In this document: positions 35,192 to 42,764 of the stretch, piece after piece
How the letters are laid out: every line of letters begins with the position of its first letter
Position numbering within the stretch: the stretch's first letter is position 1
IMG/VR virus record: IMGVR_UViG_3300048855_000035
Coordinates: 1 to 42,764 of that record
Origin: a virus
Taxonomy: Duplodnaviria > Caudoviricetes
Length of the DNA stretch: 42,764 bases
Reading direction: 5' to 3' (one strand)
Program-made: the position numbers and the translations under genes
Notes under the pieces: generated by a model
Seen by the model: only the letters and a program-made list of their open reading frames with translations
The model's database searches: none
What the model was told of the DNA's origin: nothing

Positions 35192-35542
35192 ATGGCGTTC
35201 ACGAATGCTTCTAAGGAGGCGGGTGCGCTGGCTGTGACGGGGACTGGTTCGTGGATCAGTCTGCACAGCGCGGATCCGGGTACGACGGGCGCGTCTGAGG
35301 CGACGGGTGGTTCACCGGCGTACGCACGCAAGCAGACGACGTGGACTGGTGGGGCGGCTGATGGTTCCGTCACCGGTTCCGCTGTCGCAATCGATGTGCC
35401 GGCGGGTACCTACACGCACATTGGTGTGTGGTCTGCCGCAACATCGGGAACGTTCGTTGGTGGGGCCGCGTTGTCCGCTTCGACTGGTGCGCTCCCGGGT
35501 CAGACGGTGGTGACGGTTACGCCGACGATCACTGTCAGCTAA
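35192..35542 (+). CDS. Small tail-fibre / appendage protein
   Basis: SLHSADPGTTGASE.TGGSPAYARK, THIGVWSAATSG. Confidence 0.7.
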   Translation: MAFTNASKEAGALAVTGTGSWISLHSADPGTTGASEATGGSPAYARKQTTWTGGAADGSVTGSAVAIDVPAGTYTHIGVWSAATSGTFVGGAALSASTGALPGQTVVTVTPTITVS

Positions 35543-35552
35543 GGGGGTTGGT

Positions 35553-36740
35553 ATGCCCGCACCCACTCGGGTCGCTTGGGTCGCTGGCACCAACTCGGGC
35601 GCTGCGACACTGACCTTCACGAATCCACCTGGCGCTACAACGGGCCACCGCGTCTACGCCTTCGCATCGCACACGGGAAATGCGGCATCCATCACGGACT
35701 TCCAGGGCTGGACTCTGGACAGCACGCTGACGTTCAACACCCGCAAATGGAACATCCTCGAACGGCCATACGCGTCTTCATACCCGGCCTTGACCCTCTC
35801 AACTGCGGAGGGTGTGCTGTGGGTAGTGGTGGCGATCGCGCCCACCTCGGGGTACAGCCTGGGGTCTACGGCTCTGGGGTCTACGTGGCGGCGTGTGGAT
35901 AATGGTGGGTCTATCAATACGACTCAGGCGCCATCGATGACAGCTGGTGCGGACACGTTGGCGTTGGCGTTCTTCTCTGAGACGTCTACGGGTGCTGAGG
36001 TTGAAGCGAACACGACCCTGGCTGGTTCGGGTTGGTCGAAGTGGTTTTGGTCGAAGGCTACGGCTGGTGACGCGAACCCGATCAACTTTGTGGCGTATGC
36101 GGAGCCGTCTGCTGGGGCGACGGGTACGGCGACTACAACGTGGTTGAACAACTCGAATAACGGTGCGGGTGTTCAACTGTTGGTCCCTCAGGTGTCTGAT
36201 GGTGTGTCTTTGTCGGCTTCCGGGTCGTTGACGTTGGGGTTGTCGGCGGTTGCGTCTGTGGGTGTTTCGCGTACCGCTGCGGGTTCGCTCGTGTTGGGGG
36301 CGTCTGCGGTTCGTACGGTTGGGGTTTCCCGGGCTGTCTCCCTGGCTTTGAGCCTGGACTCTTCTGCGGTTGCGATGCCTACCGTGTCACGCGTATCCGG
36401 GGCCGTGTTGACGGTCGACGTGATCGCGTCCGTTGCGGTTGGTGTTGCCCGTGAAGCGACGGGCTTCCTCGAGCTGGCCGGTGGCGCGGAGTCGTCTTCG
36501 ATGGTGTCGCGGACTGCCGAGCTCACAGCGGAACTGACTGCTACCGCCGTCCTGCCCGCCGCGGTTGCACGAACCGCCACACTGGTCGGCTCACTGACGA
36601 TGACCGCGCACATACGGCCAGCGTTCGCGACAGTCCTCACCTTGTCGGCGTCAACGGAAACGTTGACGCTCACGACTGACCTTCCCGCCCTTGAACTATC
36701 GGCAACCGTGCCGCAACTGACTTTGGAGGCCGCATGGTGA
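35553..36740 (+). CDS. Tail appendage protein with beta-repeat C-terminus
   Basis: Globular N-domain followed by S/A/T/V periodic repeats. Confidence 0.65.
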   Translation: MPAPTRVAWVAGTNSGAATLTFTNPPGATTGHRVYAFASHTGNAASITDFQGWTLDSTLTFNTRKWNILERPYASSYPALTLSTAEGVLWVVVAIAPTSGYSLGSTALGSTWRRVDNGGSINTTQAPSMTAGADTLALAFFSETSTGAEVEANTTLAGSGWSKWFWSKATAGDANPINFVAYAEPSAGATGTATTTWLNNSNNGAGVQLLVPQVSDGVSLSASGSLTLGLSAVASVGVSRTAAGSLVLGASAVRTVGVSRAVSLALSLDSSAVAMPTVSRVSGAVLTVDVIASVAVGVAREATGFLELAGGAESSSMVSRTAELTAELTATAVLPAAVARTATLVGSLTMTAHIRPAFATVLTLSASTETLTLTTDLPALELSATVPQLTLEAAW

Positions 36741-37030
36741 ACATCAAACAGGGGGATAGGTTGCCGGTCACGTTCACTGTGAACCATGACCTCACTGGGG
36801 CGGCTGTGCGGCTGATTGTCCGGCACCTGACACGCACCGGCGTCCTGGAAGATCTGCCGCACACGGTTGTGGATCCGACCGCGGGGAAGGTCGAACTTGA
36901 TCTTGATGGGACTTGGGAGGTCGGGCGTCACTTCGTTGAGCTTGAGATCTCTCAGGGTGGCGAGGTGCGTACTGCGCCGTCTGATGGTTTCTATGTGATC
37001 CGGGTTGTTGAAGATCTTGACGTCCACTGA
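36734..37030 (+). CDS. BppU-like baseplate adaptor
   Basis: IKQGDRLP...DLTGAAV...TAPSDG. Confidence 0.7.
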   Translation: MVNIKQGDRLPVTFTVNHDLTGAAVRLIVRHLTRTGVLEDLPHTVVDPTAGKVELDLDGTWEVGRHFVELEISQGGEVRTAPSDGFYVIRVVEDLDVH

Positions 37031-37050
37031 AGATATGAAAGGCGGACGAC

Positions 37051-38796
37051 ATGGTTGATCGTCTTGTTGCTGTTGATGACGCGGACTACCGACTTCCGGA
37101 TCCCGTGCTTGGGTCGCTGGCGTCTGATGTTGTCGACCCGGGCTCTGCTATCGGTGGCGCAATGGCTGTGCGGTATGCCCGGAAGGTCGCGTTGAACGTG
37201 CGGGATTTCGGTGCGGTGTGTGACGGCGTGCATGACGATTCGGATGCGATCGAAGCCGCGAACGCTGCGCTCGTCGCAGGCCAGGAACTGATCTTCCCGC
37301 CCCCCGGTTCCACGAACCAGTTCTACCGTGTGACCCGAGGGTTCACGATCACGACGCCCAGCGTTCGGTGGACCGGCCAGCCGCGAGATGCGTACTCGGT
37401 GTCCATCCGCAGCAGCGTCCCTGGGCTGACCATCCTCACCGTCAAGGCGGGCGGGTTCGTCGCCCAGGACATTCACTTCATGGGCGTTGAGAACATCGCT
37501 GATGGTGGCGAGAACGGCGCCGGCATGACGGTGAACGGCCTCGAGCTGTTCGGTACTGTGCGCGGCGACATTGACGCACTCATCGGCGGTTGCACGTTCC
37601 AGTACATGAACGTCGGCATCCGTGTGCGTTCCCGAAACGCAACCATAAAGGGCGACATGTTCAGCCACTGCCGAACCGGTGTCACCCTCGACGGCATCGA
37701 CGCGTCCTACCACACCGATCCTGCCGCCATCGATCAGTACCGCGGCAACATCATCTCGGAGAACCGGTTCCACAACGTCGGTGCCACGCTGTCCGACGCT
37801 GGCCTACTCATCACCAACACCGCGAAGGTCATTCACGCGATCATCGAAGGAAACTTCTTCGACTCGTGGTCGACGAACCACATCAAGGCGGTGGGGACTG
37901 CTCTGGCCCCTCACAGTGGCCTCACGATCCGCGACAACAAGCACACGGAAACCATCGGGTCCGCGTACGACCTCACCTTTGTTCAGGACTCAACAGTCCG
38001 GGACATCGATGTGTTGGGGCCGATCTCGAGCCGCTACTCAGGTGACATGATCCGCATCACGGACTGCACAAACCTGACTATCGACAGCGTGTTCGGGCGC
38101 CGCATCGGGCGCTCGGCATTGGTCGGCACGCGCTGCACAGAGATTCGCCTTGGCAAGATCGATGTCAAGGGATTCAGTGTGGATCCCGGGCAGGTGTCGG
38201 ATGGTGTTGTGTTCGACTCGTCATCCACGCAGATCTTCATGCGCGGACTGGATGTGTCGCTGGGTGCGGGTAACGGATTTACGGGCAACCCAACGAACTC
38301 TACGATGATCGATTCTGACTTCCGCTCGGTATCGCTCGCGCGGATCAACTCGAACACTGTCCTCAATCATTCGCGTCGCGGTTCGAACGGTTATGTGGAG
38401 GGTCGCGCCGGTCGCGTGGAAGACACTGGGTACGGCCAGTATGACCTTGCGGCGGGCGTGGCACGGGAGATCGCTGTTGCAACCGTGGGCGGCAACTTCG
38501 GTTCCATGTTCCTCGAGATCGAGTTGACGGGTCGCGCCTCGACGGGCGACGCGTTCTTCATCGGGCGCCGCGTGGTCCGTCCGGAGAACGGCACCCCAGT
38601 CATCACAACGGTGGGAACGGACGGCACGTCCGGAATGACTGTCACGATCACGGCGTCCGGTACCGCGGGTGTTTCGATCAAAGCAACAACCGCAACGGCC
38701 ACCTACATCGGGGCTCGAGTGCGTGCCTCTGCCGGTGGCGGCGCATCTGCCGCGAACAGCCGAGCTGTGACCGTCACGATGGCCTCGCAGCCGTAA
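37051..38796 (+). CDS. Tailspike / polysaccharide depolymerase (pectate-lyase-like beta-helix)
   Basis: LNVRDFGAVCDGVHDDSDAI; repeated I..N.F beta-helix rungs. Confidence 0.8.
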   Translation: MVDRLVAVDDADYRLPDPVLGSLASDVVDPGSAIGGAMAVRYARKVALNVRDFGAVCDGVHDDSDAIEAANAALVAGQELIFPPPGSTNQFYRVTRGFTITTPSVRWTGQPRDAYSVSIRSSVPGLTILTVKAGGFVAQDIHFMGVENIADGGENGAGMTVNGLELFGTVRGDIDALIGGCTFQYMNVGIRVRSRNATIKGDMFSHCRTGVTLDGIDASYHTDPAAIDQYRGNIISENRFHNVGATLSDAGLLITNTAKVIHAIIEGNFFDSWSTNHIKAVGTALAPHSGLTIRDNKHTETIGSAYDLTFVQDSTVRDIDVLGPISSRYSGDMIRITDCTNLTIDSVFGRRIGRSALVGTRCTEIRLGKIDVKGFSVDPGQVSDGVVFDSSSTQIFMRGLDVSLGAGNGFTGNPTNSTMIDSDFRSVSLARINSNTVLNHSRRGSNGYVEGRAGRVEDTGYGQYDLAAGVAREIAVATVGGNFGSMFLEIELTGRASTGDAFFIGRRVVRPENGTPVITTVGTDGTSGMTVTITASGTAGVSIKATTATATYIGARVRASAGGGASAANSRAVTVTMASQP

Positions 38797-38820
38797 CGAC
38801 TGGTGACCTAGTGTGGGTGC

Positions 38821-39612
38821 ATGCAGGTTACGGCTAACGAGGTTGTTGAATCGTTGGTGCTCGGGGATCATCAGAACCTCGGACGCCTTCCTTTGCGGGG
38901 CGCATACGGTCTAGCGGTGCTCGCGCGTGGAGTGTTCCGAAAGAGCGACACCTACCGGCTACCAGAAGCGGAAGTGATCCACGTCGTGGCGAGTGCTGTC
39001 GCTCACGGGTCACGCTTGACGACGGCTGTTGCTGTAGCCCTCGACGGCTTGAACATCGTCCAGGTCTCCGACGCCCGTCTGGCTAGCGTGCCCGTGACTG
39101 ACTTCCCCGGTGTGGGCGCGCGGTCCATCGGGCGCCACTCGACGCGGGGGAGGTTGCGTGCGGCGCTACGGCTGCGCCGGAAGGCCGACCGTGAAGCGGT
39201 CCGCGGGTTGTCCCGGAGCCGCATCTACGGCGAGTATCTGTTCCTTGCTCAAGCGATCAGGTACGCGCTGGTCGCGGAGGCGCTCACTAGCTCCAGCGGC
39301 GTTGGAATGGTGCTGAGTGACTTTGACCGTCACGCGTACACGCGCCCATGGGTGTGGACGGCAAACGCGCTCGGCCTCAACACTGCGACGATGGTTCACG
39401 GTTCCCCGAACTCGAACTACATCCCGGTGATCGCGAAGACCGTTCTGGTGTGGGGAGAAGTGCAGGCCGAGTGGTTCGCGAAGCACAGTCCCGGAACGCT
39501 GGTAGAGATCGTCGGACGGCCCGACATCCCCGATCCTGAGCAACCCAAACCGCAACCTGAGTACGGCAGGTTCATCACGATGGATGACATACACCGCATG
39601 GTTGCCGACTGA
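38821..39612 (+). CDS. Surface-polysaccharide glycosyltransferase-like protein (N-terminal GT-B domain only)
   Basis: ANALGLNTATMVHG...VLVWGE...IVGRP pattern; own TAGTGT -10 six nt before ATG. Confidence 0.5.
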   Translation: MQVTANEVVESLVLGDHQNLGRLPLRGAYGLAVLARGVFRKSDTYRLPEAEVIHVVASAVAHGSRLTTAVAVALDGLNIVQVSDARLASVPVTDFPGVGARSIGRHSTRGRLRAALRLRRKADREAVRGLSRSRIYGEYLFLAQAIRYALVAEALTSSSGVGMVLSDFDRHAYTRPWVWTANALGLNTATMVHGSPNSNYIPVIAKTVLVWGEVQAEWFAKHSPGTLVEIVGRPDIPDPEQPKPQPEYGRFITMDDIHRMVAD

Positions 39613-39619
39613 ACAAGCA

Positions 39620-39657
39620 AGGATGCCCCCACCTGTGACTAGGTGGGGGCATCTTTG
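39620..39657. terminator. Strong hairpin terminator
   Basis: GATGCCCCCACCT-gtgact-AGGTGGGGGCATC followed by TTTG. Confidence 0.75.
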
Positions 39658-39683
39658 TCGTTGGTTCGGCGCATCATGGGAAC

Positions 39684-39947
39684 ATGACCGCAGGCTTGCA
39701 CCCGATCTTCTGGACCGACGAACCAACCCCCGGCACCTGGGTAATGACAGCTCCCCATGAAATCGAAGCCTTCGGACGCATCGAGATCCGCCGCATGCCT
39801 GGTGGAGTCATCCGTTACAAGGTGACGTTGCAAGGGGAAACGATCGGCTGGTCTAACACGCTCTCACACGCTTGCGAACGGTTGTACGCCGCCCACAAGA
39901 AACACCTCGACGACGTGCACTCCGGCCCACCAAACGGGCAACGCTGA
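39684..39947 (+). CDS. Hypothetical protein
   Basis: CATCAT -10-like element six nt before ATG. Confidence 0.65.
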   Translation: MTAGLHPIFWTDEPTPGTWVMTAPHEIEAFGRIEIRRMPGGVIRYKVTLQGETIGWSNTLSHACERLYAAHKKHLDDVHSGPPNGQR

Positions 39948-39952
39948 ACGCG

Positions 39953-40303
39953 TCACTCGCTGTTCTCGAGCCGACTTGATAGCGAAGCGTGCAGTAACCT
40001 GCGCGACCATAGTGGCAGGCGCACCGTCAGAGTTTCGACATCTTCTGGGTTGTGTCCATGCTCCACTGTCACCGTGAACTCAGGCTCATCGTCAGTATGA
40101 ATCGTCAAACTCTGAACGGTTGTCGGCATGTCGTCCTGAAGAAGAAGCACCCGCTCATCAAATGCCCATGCCTCCCCGCCCTCGAGGCGACGATGATGCT
40201 CTTCGCACACCGGCCACTCCCTGACCCTTCCTGGCGACCGGAGTTGGAAACTGGTTGCAGCAAGGTTTGAACATCGCAGCACTGCGCAGTGGGGTGCGTT
40301 CAT
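39953..40303 (-). CDS. Hypothetical protein with Cys/His N-terminus
   Basis: MNAPHCAVLRC...CEEH; TAGAGT -10 seven nt before ATG. Confidence 0.6.
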   Translation of the reverse strand: MNAPHCAVLRCSNLAATSFQLRSPGRVREWPVCEEHHRRLEGGEAWAFDERVLLLQDDMPTTVQSLTIHTDDEPEFTVTVEHGHNPEDVETLTVRLPLWSRRLLHASLSSRLENSE

Positions 40304-40337
40304 AGGCCATACTCTAGGCCGCGAACTGCGCCCGTCA

Positions 40338-40598
40338 ATGTCCGACCCCGCGAGGAACATAGAACCCGTGACGCCAGAACAACTCCTCGCCTTCAAACAA
40401 GCCAACCCCCACCACACACCCACCAAAAACGAACGAATCCGCCACCAACTCGGCATCAGCGAGATCCGCTACTACACGCTCCTACACCGCGCCGCACGAT
40501 CCGCAGAGGGAATCAGCGCAGACCCGGTGACAGCGCGTCGAGTTCGCGAACAGGCCGAGAAGAGAGCACGAGAACGCGACCACAGGAACGCGGCATGA
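40338..40598 (+). CDS. DUF3263-family protein
   Basis: LLAF...K..RIRHQLGISEIRYY.LL...ADPV..RR. Confidence 0.75.
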   Translation: MSDPARNIEPVTPEQLLAFKQANPHHTPTKNERIRHQLGISEIRYYTLLHRAARSAEGISADPVTARRVREQAEKRARERDHRNAA

Positions 40599-40604
40599 AA
40601 CCAG

Positions 40605-40637
40605 AGAAGCCCCCGCCAAACGTGGCGGGGGCTTCTT
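40605..40637. terminator. Bidirectional terminator
   Basis: AGAAGCCCCCGCCA-aacg-TGGCGGGGGCTTCT between convergent units. Confidence 0.8.
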
Positions 40638-40666
40638 CTGCGTATACGGGAGACGACACTGTCTCG

Positions 40667-40774
40667 TTACTGCGGGGGTTTCTGCTTCTTGCCGTTGGCG
40701 GGGTCACCGTTGACCCCTAAGCATCTTCTGGCGATCATCACTACCCGCCGGCCCGAGTGGTTTGTGCTGTGCAT
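40667..40774 (-). other. Leaderless 35-aa ORF or sRNA under an operator-containing promoter
   Basis: TTGACA(40810)-18 bp-CATAAT(40786)-6 nt-ATG; MHSTNHSG...KPPQ. Confidence 0.5.
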
Positions 40775-40780
40775 GTCACC

Positions 40781-40810
40781 ATTATGCGTCTGTAATTGCG
40801 GACGTGTCAA
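40781..40810 (-). promoter_or_regulatory. Near-consensus promoter with operator GTCTGTAATTGCGGAC (40788-40803) in its spacer
   Basis: Direct reading; matches the switch operators. Confidence 0.75.
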
Positions 40811-40817
40811 GTACGTT

Positions 40818-42038
40818 TTACGGTTCGGCGTGTTGGGTGATCGAAAGGGGCGACTGAACACCCGACAACGTAAGAGCAATCGCACTCGCCATCTGGTCAT
40901 GCGCATCCGCAACAAGGTGCCCATACACACCCACCGTCGTCGTAATCGACTCATGCCCCATGCGCGCCTGAATGTAGGGGAGCGGGATGCCCTGAGCAAT
41001 CAACCAGGACGCGTGAGTGTGCCGCATGTCGTGCACGGTCGGTTCGCGGCGCAACGGCTCGAGGCCCACAGCCCGGCACGCCTCAGCATCGGACGCTTTG
41101 ATGACGGCAACACGCCAAATGCGCGTGTAGAACGCCCCGTGCCACATGTGTCCACCCTGGGGTGCGGGGAATACCCATTCGTCGGATGCGCCCGGTTCGC
41201 CCATGATCGCCACAAGGTCCGGGAACAGGGACACGGATCGTCGCGACTTCGACGACTTCGGGTATGACAGCAGAGGTCCACCCTTCGCCTTCTTCCACGC
41301 CCTCGTCACACGAACCGTTGGCGGGTTTCCGTACAAGTTCACGTCCGCCCACGTCAGTGCGCTCATCTCACCCCACCTGAGCCCTGTGCCGGCGAGGAAC
41401 AGCACCATGCGCCGGTACCGTTCCGGGATGAAGTGGAGGAGGGTGGCGAACTCGGCCGGCGTGAGGAACACGTTCTCGCGCTTCACGCCCCGAGTCATCC
41501 GCATCTTGTACGCGGGGTTGTCCGTGCGGAACCCCTCGTCGACCGCAGACTTGAGAACCGCTGAGAGCAGCGCGTGGTAGTTCTTGATCGTCTTCGACGA
41601 CACATGCTTCTGCTGAGCTCGGGGCTTGTGACGGTCACGCCAGACAGGTTGCTTCTCCTGCCACGCGAGCCACGAACCCACGTCAGGTTTCGTGATCAGG
41701 TCGATAGGGATGTCACCGAGGAGTTGCAGCCAGGACCGTTCAGCCTCAGCCTCGTATCCCTCGCGCGTGCCCTTCTCCACGCCCGTGAGCAGTCCGCTTT
41801 CGGGGGAGAGGTAGCGGTGGGTGTATTCGCGCAGGGTGGGTGTCGCGTTGTCTCGTTGGCCGCGTGACTGGCGAACCTGATCGGCGGCATCCCACCCGAC
41901 ACGATCCACGAGTGCCGCGAACTGATCGGCGCCCTTCTTCTCCAGGAACGTCGTCTGCTTCATCTGCCCCTTGACGCGCACCTGCACGCGCCAACGCACC
42001 TCACCAGACGCGAGAGTGCGGGGAGAGACGCTAGCCAC
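40818..42038 (-). CDS. int: Tyrosine integrase
   Basis: TGLRWGE, HDMRH, MGH, Y catalytic residues; N-terminal arm-binding domain. Confidence 0.95.
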   Translation of the reverse strand: MASVSPRTLASGEVRWRVQVRVKGQMKQTTFLEKKGADQFAALVDRVGWDAADQVRQSRGQRDNATPTLREYTHRYLSPESGLLTGVEKGTREGYEAEAERSWLQLLGDIPIDLITKPDVGSWLAWQEKQPVWRDRHKPRAQQKHVSSKTIKNYHALLSAVLKSAVDEGFRTDNPAYKMRMTRGVKRENVFLTPAEFATLLHFIPERYRRMVLFLAGTGLRWGEMSALTWADVNLYGNPPTVRVTRAWKKAKGGPLLSYPKSSKSRRSVSLFPDLVAIMGEPGASDEWVFPAPQGGHMWHGAFYTRIWRVAVIKASDAEACRAVGLEPLRREPTVHDMRHTHASWLIAQGIPLPYIQARMGHESITTTVGVYGHLVADAHDQMASAIALTLSGVQSPLSITQHAEP

Positions 42039-42405
42039 GTTCTATGCGCCCGTCGTAGTGATAGATGATCGTCTCAATGCCGGCTCGTGCGGCCAGGTTG
42101 GCCGTCATGCTGGCCCCTTTCGACTCATCGCGGATAAATGCGAGGCAGCGATCAGCGCCGAGCTTGACCATCTCGGAATTCCTCACGAAGCCAGCACGCT
42201 TACCGTGGGAATTCCAGTCGGCAGGATGGCGCTCGATAGGCCCGAAACCTTGCCAGTACCGCTCAGCCTCGGCATCGGCTCCGGTCGGGCATGCCCCCGA
42301 GACAAGGGTGTCCCCGAATCGTCCGTGATCGAACAGCGCGCGTTTGATCACGTCGGGTGCGTCCCAGGTGCGGGAGCCGGTGATGAGAATGCGGGCCATG
42401 GTCAT
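42031..42405 (-). CDS. SLOG-family (DUF2493/YspA-like) protein
   Basis: [23 protein letters not shown]...[10 protein letters not shown]. Confidence 0.85.
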   Translation of the reverse strand: MTMARILITGSRTWDAPDVIKRALFDHGRFGDTLVSGACPTGADAEAERYWQGFGPIERHPADWNSHGKRAGFVRNSEMVKLGADRCLAFIRDESKGASMTANLAARAGIETIIYHYDGRIERG

Positions 42406-42650
42406 TCCCCATTCTTACGCTGGGGGTCGGACACTGCGGTCAACAGTGAGGCCACGTCCGCATTCGACGCTGCGTTGTCCCCTGCAATCTCGGCACTCAT
42501 CGGCGCCCCCGAGAGGACGAGATGGGTGCGCGCCCCGGAAGCAGCGATGAGAGCGAACGCCATCGCCTCTTCGTCGGTGCCGCCCTCGTCGCGGTCCCAG
42601 TAATCTCGCCAGGCTGCAAGGGCCGCAAGTACAGGAAGTTTCCCGCTCAT
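42402..42650 (-). CDS. Hypothetical protein, first gene of the int operon
   Basis: GAGGAG RBS; overlap with the SLOG gene. Confidence 0.6.
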   Translation of the reverse strand: MSGKLPVLAALAAWRDYWDRDEGGTDEEAMAFALIAASGARTHLVLSGAPMSAEIAGDNAASNADVASLLTAVSDPQRKNGE

Positions 42651-42764
42651 TAGATGCTCCTCGATTGAGGCGTGATCCGAAGCGATGTAGGCGGGGATGT
42701 AGGCGGCGGGGGTTTTATCCCCCGCCAGCCCTACTCCTTACTGGGGTGAGTAACGGGACTCGAA
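42638..42764. repeat. Second copy of the 127-bp terminal repeat
   Basis: Identical to 1-127. Confidence 0.9.

Overview
The window is a complete, circularly assembled genome (about 42.6 kb) of a temperate siphovirus of a high-GC actinobacterium, probably Microbacteriaceae (inferred from gene content). Bases 1-127 are repeated at 42638-42764, most likely an assembly overlap. The genome opens at an intact attP whose core matches the 3' end of a tRNA-His. The modules, in order, are: an ImmA/repressor/Cro switch; early genes (macro-like protein, repeat protein, HNH, RecE-like nuclease, resolvase, short WhiB, replication initiator, NrdH, SSB); a putative late promoter/leader with tRNA-Leu(CAA) and a metallophosphoesterase; HNH-terminase-portal-capsid-tail genes; lysis; a second tail-appendage/tailspike module; morons; and a leftward operon ending in a tyrosine integrase. 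The least explained features are: (i) several long, heavily base-paired intergenic regions that look like structured RNAs; (ii) a 16-bp operator present six times, including inside attP and at a remote promoter driving a tiny ORF or sRNA; (iii) a 56-aa ORF that copies the N-terminus of the tape measure protein; (iv) anti-SD pseudoknots in the tail operon; (v) pervasive leaderless promoters; (vi) a truncated glycosyltransferase-like moron next to the tailspike. All family assignments come from motif recognition by eye, not from database searches.
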